This document shows positions 13,912 to 23,699 of a stretch of 64,000 nt of DNA, piece by piece. The stretch lies in assembly GCF_964194025.1 (NCBI RefSeq), contig NC_134474.1, positions 36,952,001 to 37,016,000 on the forward strand, read 5' to 3'. The notes under the pieces are model-generated. The model ran no database searches and was not told where the DNA came from. It worked only from the letters and a program-made list of their open reading frames with translations. Origin of the DNA: Convolutriloba macropyga (lineage: Eukaryota). Each line of letters starts with the position of its first letter. Positions within the stretch are counted from its first letter, which is position 1. A program made the translations under genes and the position numbers.

Positions 13912-14860
13912 GTTTTCTCAATTCAGACAGGTGGTCCCTAATCTGAAGTTAATCATTAATTATTATACATTATCAAACAAACATTAAGTTCAAGTCTCAT
14001 TAAAACAACTGGCTCGATCGCATTAATGAAAATATCAATATCGTTAACATTATGACAATATCAAGCACAGCCATCGGCAACAGTAAGTTCTCATAATCTG
14101 TTTGTCTAAAAGGCAGCAGTAACAGTTAGCTCAGTGCAAGTACTATCTGCTTGCAGTTGAAGATTTTGAGCCACATCGAGCTTTTGTTTGTTCTTATTCA
14201 GTCACAAACCTAAAATAGTCCGATTCAACGCTGATTCCATTCAAAAATTTTTCCGACTGTCAATGAAAAGCATTGCAAAACAAATCATCTGACGGTACCT
14301 ATCGCCTTCTCGGGCCAATTGACAACTTTTTTCAAATTTTTGTCTCCTATAATAACGAGGATTAAAAATCTTATAATTTTTGCTAAATAGTTGAAATGAA
14401 AGGAGAACCTACTTTAGAAAATGGTTATTTTATATAACTATTCTCTTTACAGAAGTGTCAATAGGAAACGTCAGGGACAGAGATCTCAGCGACACCGGTA
14501 AACTGTCGAAGATTTCTATCCATTTGAAGTAAATAGACCAAATGTTCCTTTCTTATCAAATCTTTGACAATAGCATCAACACGTAAAAACAGCTGTATTT
14601 CAAATGGTAAGGAAAAAGTGCTTGCTCACAAAGTGGTTGCTTCTTTGTGGATTGGATACAAATGAGATTAAATCTACATAAAGGGCCACAAACTGTATAA
14701 TGAAGATCGAAAAATTTGTATGAAGATCGAAAAACTGTATGAAGATCGAAAAATTTTTAAATAAAAAATATATTAAATAGACAAAAGACAAAAAAGAGTT
14801 TCAATTCTCCATAAAAATGACATTGATAACGACGAAAAACTGAATTACAGTGTACCCTAG
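13912..14860 (+). repeat. Segment duplicated downstream in three pieces (25281-25325, 30448-30541, 34261-34971)
   Basis: Direct matches: ttttctca.ttcagaca.gtggtccct.atctgaagtt; aaaaggcagcagtaacagttagctcag; cacatcgag...ctgaattacagtgtaccctag. Confidence 0.9.
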
Positions 14861-15759
14861 AGTAAAAGAACCCAGGTTGAGGTCCAGACCCAAATTGGTT
14901 TATGATCAGACCCTATCGAGCGCACACCCGTGTGTTCCCAGACCGAAATTACAGGGTCTGGACGGAAGTTCGAGCGCACTACGGTCTGGACGATGGTCTG
15001 GAGATGGTCTGATCCGAGGTTATTTTGGTCTGAAAAGTCTGATCATAGGCGGATTCAAGCGCACTTGGGTCTGATCAGAGGCGACTTCGAGCGCAATTGG
15101 GTCCTCTTCGAGCGCACTTGGGTCTGATCAGAAATGTTTTCGAACGCAATTGGGTCTGATCAAGGACAATTTCGAGCGCCTTATTTTTTAAATATTTTTT
15201 TGTTCTTTTTTACTGAGAGATGTTGGCTCTGCCAAGAGGCAACAATAAAGCAGCGTTCTGATCAGAGACTCATTTGATGTCCGATAGCTCTGATCAGAAA
15301 AAAAGGAGTCCAGCTAATAGTAAAGGCCGGACCCCTTCAGACGAAATTTTGATCAACTGGAGACCACGATGTTCCTTATGGAAAGCTTTCTAAACTCATC
15401 CATTTAGTCAGAAATATACACTAAACGGTACACGAAATAAAATTTGTTCTCAACAGTTGGGTTTCGTTTTCTTTAGCATTACTTTTATAATTGGTTTTTC
15501 CTTAGATGAATTAAATACCGCAAACATCAGTTTTTATGAAATGAATATAATTTAACAAAATTAAAAGATTTGATTATAAAAAATTTTCTCTGATCAGACT
15601 ATTTCGAGCGCACTTGAGTCTGATCATAAAGTCTTCGAGCTCACTTGAGTCTGATCATAATAGTCTGATTGAGGTCTGGGCAATGGTCTGAATTTGAGTC
15701 TGGACCATGGTCTGAAGATGGTCTGATCAGAACGCCTTCGGTCTGAAAAGTCTGATTAG
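14861..15759. mobile_element. Non-coding element rich in (ttcgagcgcacttgggtctgatca)-type repeats, truncated by the Polinton
   Basis: Begins exactly where homology with the 34.9-kb copy stops (ccctag|agtaaaag versus ccctag|cgtacaag). Carries many TCTGATCA/TTCGAGCGC motifs in two blocks. Confidence 0.7.
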
Positions 15760-15907
15760 AGTAGTAATAGGGCGAGCAAGGCTCCCCGGGGGGGGGTGTA
15801 GACCCCATGTATTAAGATAGGGCATAGGAGTAATTTTTGAGAGAGGGTCTACACTAATGTATTAAGATAGGGTATAGGCGGCGTACATGTATTAAGATTA
15901 GTAATAG

Positions 15908-15999
15908 CGGCCGCCACGTATTAAGATTAGCGGCCGCCACGTATTAAGATTAGCGGCCGCCACGTATTAAGATTAGCGGCCGCCACGTATTAAGATTAG
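15908..15999. repeat. 4 x 23-bp perfect tandem repeat CGGCCGCCACGTATTAAGATTAG
   Basis: Counted directly. Confidence 0.98.
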
Positions 16000-16269
16000 G
16001 AATATCCTCCGCAATGTATTAAGATTGGGGATAAATCTAGGGGTGTTCCAGGGGGTGAGTAGTAAGGTGGGAGCAGATCAGGGTGATTTTTCGGAGCCAC
16101 TTGTCACGTGATTTTAGAGGTCATTTAGGGATTAGCAGGGAATTATACATGCAACGCGCAGGGAATTGCACAGTCAGCGCGTACGTACAGGCGGGGAATT
16201 GTACAGGCAGCGCGCATTAACGGATATTTTCCCTCGTAGTAAACTTCATCATTTTTTGGTTTAACCACA

Positions 16270-16485
16270 GCAATGTATTAAGATTAGGTATAGCCGCCGC
16301 AATGTATTAAGATTAGGTATAGCCGCCGCAATGTATTAAGATTAGGTATAGCCGCCGCAATGTATTAAGATTAGGTATAGCCGCCGCAATGTATTAAGAT
16401 TAGGTATAGCCGCCGCAATGTATTAAGATTAGGTATAGCCGCCGCAATGTATTAAGATTAGGTATAGCCGCCGCAATGTATTAAG
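16270..16485. repeat. 7.4 x 29-bp perfect tandem repeat GCAATGTATTAAGATTAGGTATAGCCGCC
   Basis: Counted directly; shares the GTATTAAGATTAG core with the 23-mer. Confidence 0.98.
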
Positions 16486-16639
16486 GTCAGTTATATCCAC
16501 TAAAATTGAGAAAATTGAAAATTTTTAAAAGAATGAATTATGAAGGTACAAAAAGACAGACACAGTATTAATCAAGTACATTATAAGTAATTTTAAACAC
16601 AACAGAGAGCGCTCACAATACGAAAATTGATTCAATAAA

Positions 16640-19600
16640 TTACAAGTTCAGGGGTACAGTATGAATTCCATCAGATAACACTTTTCGTTTAGGATAAAAA
16701 TATGAGAGTCCTTTCTTTGTTTGTTCATAGGTAGCGGCGCAGTGGTTGATTGTCCGAAATCCTCTATTTGTAGATGTTAAATTGATTATTTCTTCCATCA
16801 CTCGCCGATATTTTTCCAATGGTCCATCTCCGGTCTCTTCCAATGTTCGTTTGTTCAGTCCTTTGCTGCTGAATTTGTACTTATCCGATTTGGCATCGTA
16901 GCAACAATATGTTTTGCTACAGAGACAAATCATTTCAGTACATCTAAATTCTTCGTTGAACAGACCTGGTTCACGCTTATCGTGCTTTTTATGTTTATCA
17001 CAACAAGTTCTAGGGAAGAAATTTTGTACAGCATCAGCTTTGAAAGAATCATCACAATTGTGTTCCCTCAGAGTTTCCCAATCTGCTTTTTTAGATGGAC
17101 GAATGCAATCGTACAAATTATCGTGCGCTAGAGCTAAGTATAAGGAGTCAGTGTCCACTTCTAACTCTTCGAACGTGTCGACATCGCAAAATTTATCAAA
17201 AAAATTGTAATAAAGCTCCAACATACGTAATTTTGCGTACTGAAGTATAAAAAAGCCGACTATTATCGGTTCACGGTGCTCAATTTTTGATTTTACAAGT
17301 TCAACTTCGTTTAGTTCTTTTGACACACTGTTAAGTCTCTTAAACAATTTCCCGTTGATAGCTTTGTGTGTCTTTTCATCGTTCAAGTATTTTGTCTCTG
17401 TATGTCTGCTTCTGTCCATGATTTGGTAACCATAGGAACTATTCCCTAACAATTTCATTGTTTCTGCAACAACGCTTGATTCAGGATTTTCATCTCCAAC
17501 TCTTCTAGCATCAACAACCGATTGGACAAAATTGTTGAAGCATTTTTTGGGTGTGTACTGAACGAAGCGATAAATTTTGGTGCATTTTAGCCCAAGACTA
17601 AGGTAAAAATTGAGTAATGGTGTTATGACTGTTCCATTCTCCAACTTGAAGCTTGAAATTAACATGCGTTGCGGTTGCTTGAGTAAATCGTTATCAATTG
17701 CATAATCCCTCATATAATCACCAATATCTGCTCGACTAACATTAAAGTTTTTAAAGATTGGTGGAAAGTTCGAGAACTTGTATTTCAACCCATCTGGAAC
17801 TTCGAGATCACACTGAACGTAACCAAATAGTTTATCTTCTCTTATCTTTGTAAGTAGAGATTCTTGAGTCAGAGGTAGCTTGAATGGGAAATTGTTTCTC
17901 ACGTGAATTTTTACAGATTCATCACCTTTGACAGTTTCCCACCAGTTACATTCCCATATCTCAACAACTTTATATCCTTTGTTTCGCAAATAGTCTCGTC
18001 TTAGTTCATCGTATTCCCGTTTCTTTAATCCTTTCTGAGTCTCTTCCTCTGACATGCTTGCTCTTGCTTCCTGACATGCACAAAAGTGAAAGTAACAACC
18101 CATTGCTTCAAAAATAGTTTTACAGTGAGCACAAAATCCGTCTACATTAAAACAATCAATCTTTTTCTGAGTTCCAGTTGTGTAGTAGCTTTCAATAGTG
18201 CAGTTAGGACGTTGAGATTGTAGGTACGACATAACCATGTTCTCAAATTTCCTCGATTTATTTTGTCTAGCTTTAAACTTCTGAGAGTCTGAATCAAACT
18301 CCCATCTAGTGTAAAGTCCAGTGGGCATTTCTTGACACATGGAGAAGGGGTAAAGTTGACTGGCGTCTATACCCACAATTGATTTGCAAATGTTTTCTGT
18401 GTTTCGAATGTAGGTTTGATCCACAATTGCTTTTCTAGTAAACACAATAGAGGGACCACCGGTCATATCTTCGCGTATTTTATCATGTAAATCTTTGTCT
18501 GCTTCAACGAAAGGATAGAATTTGCTATTAGTTGATTTGTGTAGACAAATATTTGCTAAATTAGGTAGTGTGCAACCCAGTTTTAACATATCAATCCCTT
18601 TGTTATGATAGAATTCCATCATTTTCTGCATCGCTTCTAGTGTCGGGACAACATCTTTGTTATTATACCACCTGACAAAGTCTTGAAAAGTTGTCATTTG
18701 TTCGTGCTCCCACACACTTTCCAGGTAATTGTAGTTGTCGAATCCCGAGGGGGGCACTACCTTCAACCTAAGTTTTTTCAGAGCCTCCTGTTGGGAAAGT
18801 CCACTATTCAACAATTTTGTGAAATCCGTAAATTCTTTTTCCAAGGGATTGTGATCTCTCAACTTACTAAAGAAACATTCGTAAGGGGGTAGGAAAGTTA
18901 CATCCAATTTGTTTGGTGAGTCGAACCATTCATAAGGGAAAAATCCTTTGGTCTCATTTGTCTTGTAAGCTTTGAGGAACGAATCTAGTGATGTTGCTCC
19001 ACCAAGAAAGTTTAGAATATCGAGAAACTGAACATCGCCAAATTTAAAGGATACAAAATGATTAGCTTTTTTAATAACCGTTGGTTGAATATCGCGCTCG
19101 TGAATGAGGTAGGGTAGTAAATAAGACTTGATAAGATTCAGATCATATTTCCCGCTGTTGAATCCAAATACAGGTAAAATGCTGACATAACGTTCAAAAT
19201 GTTGTTGTAGTTCGAGAAGTTGATTTTTCTGAATTTGGAGGAATTGAGTCGACATATCAATTTCTTCTTCTTCGATATATTGAAATTCAAACATTGGAGT
19301 ACTCTCATCTTTCCTTCCATTTAGCTTCTCGAAAATAGAACTTACTCTGTTTTTAATTGCATTTTCAATTGAGGAAAATTTTTGCAACATTTCTGCTTTA
19401 CTTCTGCTAGCTAATTCTTCTAATGCTTCAACAAAAGATACAATTAGTGTCTTGGGGTCTCTGTTGCAAAGGAAAATAGGTTCTTGTAATAAATTAGAGG
19501 AAATTGACACAGATATTGGTTCATGTTTTCCTATCCAAGTAGTTGTATTGGTATCTTTTAGTTCATTAGATGGAACGCAGATTGATTCGAAGTCAAATAC

Positions 19601-20989
19601 AGCCAAGTTTTTGAACAGTTTTTGTTCTTCCTCATATCCAATTCCAAAACCGTCAAATTTATCGAACAAAGTTTCTCTCAAAGTGTAAACACTCTTCGGA
19701 TAAATGTGCTGTATCCTATCTTTACAAGATTTCACGTGACGGTGGAAATTACCAGCACGCTTAATAAAGGTATCACAATTAGGACAGCGGAATCGTTTGA
19801 AAAACGTGTTGATATCATCAACATAGCAAATGTGGTTGTTGTAGCGCAGTAGATTAATGTTGTTCTCGTACATATCAATACTTCTTCTGGCAAGTTCACC
19901 TACAAAATCCCCGTCCTCAATGTCAATGTCATAAATGAAAATGTTGTGTTTTATAGCATTTTCAACAAACACAAGGTGATCCATTGACACTCCTCTAAAG
20001 TTAATTGCGTCATGACCAGACTCGTGGAGAAAGTCACTGAACAACTTAGCTGCGTTTGTTTCCAGCTCAGCTGATCCATACAAGTGAACAGCCACAGCTC
20101 TAAACAAGCAAAGGTAGTCCTTGTAGGTTTCTCCGTATACATTCGTAACAAGACAATTTACATCGCTTCTCCTCAACAACTGTTCAGGTATAACAGCATC
20201 TAAACATCCCATTGGGATATTGTTGAGAAGAGCACAGAAAACTGTTACATTCGTAGTTAGTGCATACCGCCATTTTGTGTTTGCCCTTTCTTGAGCACAA
20301 GTCTCAATCAAATTCAATTTCTCTACTCTATCCTGAAGTGAGACTAAGTCTCCCTTAGAACAAAGTAAATGAGACTTCTCAAAGAAGGTGTTGTTCTCAT
20401 GAGCATAAAAGTATCGGTATTCGTCTGTGTCAACATTTCGTAAAATAAATCCCAGGGATAAATTTATTTTTGCAGCACAGTTAAGCTTTTCAAACACTTC
20501 CTTCAGTTTTTCATTAATTTCGCTGGGATCAAGTCTCGACAATTTAAAATTGAATACTGTATGTCTCCCATTCTCCATCTCAGTATTGTCAAAGAAGTGT
20601 TGACAGGCACTAAGTTCCTGCTGTAACTGTTCGTTGTTCCTATCCAATTCTTCCGATTCTAGTACTTCTTTCAAGCTTTCGCTGGATTTGGTTCCAACTT
20701 TGGTCGATGTTCCGTGTTTCCGTCTCTTATGTTGTTGAAGAGAATAAAAACTTGGAAATTCCTCCAAGCATATAGTGCACACTGTACTAAGCTTCTTTTC
20801 TTGAGGAGCGTGATGCTTAGCAAGGTGGTAGTTCAAGTCCTCTTTCCTCTTTGTGTAGAAATGTGGACACTTGGGACATTTTAAAGTCCCACTATCACAC
20901 GATTTTTTGTGTCGAGCCATTTGCTGCTTGACAACCATTTTCTCGCACTTTGAGCATTTGACAGGTAGATTTCTATCAAGAGGAGGCAT
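16640..20989 (-). CDS. polB: Protein-primed DNA polymerase B (1449 aa from first ATG) with zinc fingers, OTU-like domain and inserted Vsr-like nuclease
   Basis: ExoI VFDFES, ExoII FNSGKYD, ExoIII YNNKDV; TGGPS; motif A DASQLYP, motif B KLLGNSSYG, motif C VDTDSL; SKTY and KG. The ORF-track start at 21007 is TTG; the first ATG is at 20989. Confidence 0.95.
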   Translation of the reverse strand: MPPLDRNLPVKCSKCEKMVVKQQMARHKKSCDSGTLKCPKCPHFYTKRKEDLNYHLAKHHAPQEKKLSTVCTICLEEFPSFYSLQQHKRRKHGTSTKVGTKSSESLKEVLESEELDRNNEQLQQELSACQHFFDNTEMENGRHTVFNFKLSRLDPSEINEKLKEVFEKLNCAAKINLSLGFILRNVDTDEYRYFYAHENNTFFEKSHLLCSKGDLVSLQDRVEKLNLIETCAQERANTKWRYALTTNVTVFCALLNNIPMGCLDAVIPEQLLRRSDVNCLVTNVYGETYKDYLCLFRAVAVHLYGSAELETNAAKLFSDFLHESGHDAINFRGVSMDHLVFVENAIKHNIFIYDIDIEDGDFVGELARRSIDMYENNINLLRYNNHICYVDDINTFFKRFRCPNCDTFIKRAGNFHRHVKSCKDRIQHIYPKSVYTLRETLFDKFDGFGIGYEEEQKLFKNLAVFDFESICVPSNELKDTNTTTWIGKHEPISVSISSNLLQEPIFLCNRDPKTLIVSFVEALEELASRSKAEMLQKFSSIENAIKNRVSSIFEKLNGRKDESTPMFEFQYIEEEEIDMSTQFLQIQKNQLLELQQHFERYVSILPVFGFNSGKYDLNLIKSYLLPYLIHERDIQPTVIKKANHFVSFKFGDVQFLDILNFLGGATSLDSFLKAYKTNETKGFFPYEWFDSPNKLDVTFLPPYECFFSKLRDHNPLEKEFTDFTKLLNSGLSQQEALKKLRLKVVPPSGFDNYNYLESVWEHEQMTTFQDFVRWYNNKDVVPTLEAMQKMMEFYHNKGIDMLKLGCTLPNLANICLHKSTNSKFYPFVEADKDLHDKIREDMTGGPSIVFTRKAIVDQTYIRNTENICKSIVGIDASQLYPFSMCQEMPTGLYTRWEFDSDSQKFKARQNKSRKFENMVMSYLQSQRPNCTIESYYTTGTQKKIDCFNVDGFCAHCKTIFEAMGCYFHFCACQEARASMSEEETQKGLKKREYDELRRDYLRNKGYKVVEIWECNWWETVKGDESVKIHVRNNFPFKLPLTQESLLTKIREDKLFGYVQCDLEVPDGLKYKFSNFPPIFKNFNVSRADIGDYMRDYAIDNDLLKQPQRMLISSFKLENGTVITPLLNFYLSLGLKCTKIYRFVQYTPKKCFNNFVQSVVDARRVGDENPESSVVAETMKLLGNSSYGYQIMDRSRHTETKYLNDEKTHKAINGKLFKRLNSVSKELNEVELVKSKIEHREPIIVGFFILQYAKLRMLELYYNFFDKFCDVDTFEELEVDTDSLYLALAHDNLYDCIRPSKKADWETLREHNCDDSFKADAVQNFFPRTCCDKHKKHDKREPGLFNEEFRCTEMICLCSKTYCCYDAKSDKYKFSSKGLNKRTLEETGDGPLEKYRRVMEEIINLTSTNRGFRTINHCAATYEQTKKGLSYFYPKRKVLSDGIHTVPLNL

Positions 20990-21447
20990 TGTATTGTTGT
21001 GATCCAAAATAAATTGAATAAATTTTAAGTAAATTGCCGAGCAACTGTATCTGATAATAAAGTGAGAATGAATACAATTTTTGGTTTTTTAGTTAGAATA
21101 ACTTTTATGACTAATTATTTCCATATAAGGAAATGACGAAATTTCTATTTTTAGTAACAATACGCAATACGAAAGTTCAAGAACTTCCTACGAAGCAGTC
21201 ACAGTGTTACATTATACATTGTATTTAAATCCAGAAAACATCAAAAATGTGTAACCTTATTCCTTGGAGGAAAATCGGAAATCTTAAGTTATATTTATTT
21301 GTCATATTGCTGATTTGTGTTACTTTTTTTACAAAACAATACTATTCATCCCAAAACAAAATCTATCTGTCAGATGTTTGATCACTTAGAGAATACAAAT
21401 ATTATTGTAAACAAACTAATTTTGTAATTTCATCGATAAAACACTAA

Positions 21448-21777
21448 ATGTGTTTTTACAATAATATTAAAACATTAGAGAAGAAAACTCCTACTTTAAT
21501 TGAAGATAACTTATATACAATTGACGTTAACGTGATTATATTACAAACTACAAACCAATCAAATTTTAGTATTAAGAAACTTGTTGTAAAAGTTAATGAT
21601 ATCGTTTTGCTTATCTCATTCTCTCTTTTAACATTTTTTTATTTTAATAGATTAATACGTGAAATTTTACTCATTTGTGAAACATGTCGATCAAAAACCA
21701 CTTACAAATATTGGAGAAGATTTACAAGAGAAAAGAAGGTATACCTGATTCATACAAAATTGACGAAATTGATGTAG
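21448..21777 (+). CDS. Small Polinton ORF, unknown function (hydrophobic stretch, CxxC)
   Basis: 109-aa ATG ORF divergent from polB, overlapping the next ORF. Confidence 0.35.
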   Translation: MCFYNNIKTLEKKTPTLIEDNLYTIDVNVIILQTTNQSNFSIKKLVVKVNDIVLLISFSLLTFFYFNRLIREILLICETCRSKTTYKYWRRFTREKKVYLIHTKLTKLM

Positions 21778-22271
21778 ATTCATACTTTTTTTACAATTTT
21801 TTGGACATTTTCACAAAATCCAACAGAATAATCCGATTTAGTAAAGGACTTGAGTATGCAACGTTCTCTATTAAAAAATTTGAATATGAGGAGTTTATTG
21901 CGAAACAGTCTTTTGATTTATCCTCAGAATTGCATGTAAGCAAATACGAATTGTTGTTCATTTTGAACTCCGTCCCCGATATATTGGAACAGTACAGAAA
22001 TATTTCACAAACAAACTTTGTTCCTCTCCCAGAACCAATAACAATAACTTCTTCACTACAGAGTGCTTTGTACTTCCATTATTACAACGACTACAATGCA
22101 GTGGGAGTACTGATCAGGTTCGGAATTCGTTTACCTAACGTATATATACAGAAATTTGATTCCAAAAATGGAACATTTTCCGAGATTGATCTGAAATTTG
22201 ACGAATTGGAAAAAATTTATCAAAGCTTGACTTTTTTGGTAAATTATGTCACTTCATTTCAACTTAAATAG
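21684..22271 (+). CDS. Polinton ORF, 195 aa, internally duplicated, possible tandem PC4/Pur-like fold
   Basis: Intact ORF in AT-rich DNA. Repeats IIRFS..ATFSIKKFE..SELHVSKYEL and LIRFG..NVYIQKFD..SEIDLKFDEL align with each other. Confidence 0.7.
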   Translation: MSIKNHLQILEKIYKRKEGIPDSYKIDEIDVDSYFFYNFLDIFTKSNRIIRFSKGLEYATFSIKKFEYEEFIAKQSFDLSSELHVSKYELLFILNSVPDILEQYRNISQTNFVPLPEPITITSSLQSALYFHYYNDYNAVGVLIRFGIRLPNVYIQKFDSKNGTFSEIDLKFDELEKIYQSLTFLVNYVTSFQLK

Positions 22272-22783
22272 ACCATTTTAGGTAAAAGCATAGTCGGAAA
22301 CCTGTATGTATCCTTCACTTCCTACCTTGTTAGAAAATTTTACCCAAATTTGGATTTGAATTTCAGTTCGTCCAGAAATATCAAGTTAAACGTCACTTTT
22401 TCTCATAAAACCTTCCATCTTTGGTTACTGTTGTCTGATTGGACAGAGGACACTATATATAGAGGTTGTTGATTTTGACATTATCATTTGATCCAACTTC
22501 TCTGAAAACATCATCACTACTTTCTCACATTATACTAACTACTCCTCAACATTTTATCCTGCTATCGAGCTCCAACATTCACTTTCTTTTTGTTTAAAAA
22601 TACTTACTTTAGTTCTAACTTTTGTTTAAATCTAATTTATATATCCTGTTCCCTTCCTAAAAAGGAAATTTGCTGCTTTATAACTTTCTCTCCACTGATT
22701 GCTTTTATCACGTTCTCGACAAGAATCTTTTCATCCATTCTCATCACTTTCTAACAAAAACCTCTTCTATCATTTATTCCAAA

Positions 22784-23512
22784 ATGGAGTTCACCGTTCA
22801 AAATAACAACCTTCTGTACTCATTTTCTTTTACTGAGGATATTGCTCGGATAGGAGTTCGAGATTTATCAAACGGACTGTATGAGTCTCTGATCACTTTA
22901 CCCATTACTGTGTGGCACATTATTGAGCACCAGCGACAACAGTTTGATACATATCATCAGGGACAGGTCCCAATCACAGAGAATCAACTCGGAACTCACG
23001 CGATGGGACACGAAGTTGCTGTTGTCAGTGGACACCACTATCCTCACGTTAATGGATCTGATTTTCCTGCCAACTATGTAGCTGGAAATATTCAGTACAC
23101 ATTTCCTTGGGAGGAAGGGCAAATTCCAAACAGTTGGTTCACTACACCGGATGTAGGTGAGGTATCAGGTCCGGAGGTGGAAAATAATCTTCTCCAAATA
23201 GCTTCAAGAGCTCATAGAAGAGAACATAGCGAGTTGAGTATTGATACTAGTACCACCACGTCATTTAACGATCTGGAAAACTTTGATCCAGCGCAGTACT
23301 ATGGATCTACTGACATGTCAACTACACCCTCGATGGCAACCCCATCGATTGAGGAAGGAAAAGCTCACAACCCTATCTTTTTGAGTGATGTACCTAATAC
23401 TCCAGTCACTGTTCAACCAACTCAACTACCTGGTAGAATTGAGCGACAAAGAGGTTTCGGTAATGAAATTCAGAACTTACCAGAATATGTTATTGAAACT
23501 CTTTTTGAATGA
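22784..23512 (+). CDS. Polinton ORF, 242 aa: PC4-like N-terminus plus acidic S/T/P-rich tail
   Basis: AAAATGG start context, TATA-like TTTATAA at about 22677 and AATAAA at about 23560. RIGVRD...ITLPITVWHII resembles the PC4 pattern VDIR...GI(S/T)L...W..L. Confidence 0.72.
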   Translation: MEFTVQNNNLLYSFSFTEDIARIGVRDLSNGLYESLITLPITVWHIIEHQRQQFDTYHQGQVPITENQLGTHAMGHEVAVVSGHHYPHVNGSDFPANYVAGNIQYTFPWEEGQIPNSWFTTPDVGEVSGPEVENNLLQIASRAHRREHSELSIDTSTTTSFNDLENFDPAQYYGSTDMSTTPSMATPSIEEGKAHNPIFLSDVPNTPVTVQPTQLPGRIERQRGFGNEIQNLPEYVIETLFE

Positions 23513-23699
23513 TTTCTATGTTCCATTTTGTAAACTATTTTGTATTTGTTCGTAAAAATAATAAAGTTTCTGAATACCTTTTGGGTGTTTCGTATTAAAT
23601 TTTTATTTTCAATTTTATAATTTTTTTATAGTTTTCCAGAATAAAAGATTAACACGAAAGGTTACTTGATAATTTAGGTACTTGGTTATTATTGAAAAT

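Noticed and set aside
14861-15759. CRISPR-like or coding interpretation of the TCTGATCA repeats (ORFs 14850-15074, 14930-15127)
   Set aside because: Degenerate short repeats with no regular spacers; the ORFs only translate the repeat.
15908-16485. CRISPR-like array
   Set aside because: Units are head-to-tail identical with no unique spacers; no cas genes; eukaryotic context.
16914-20151. Short ORFs overlapping polB
   Set aside because: Antisense or alternate-frame shadows of the long ORF with no motifs.
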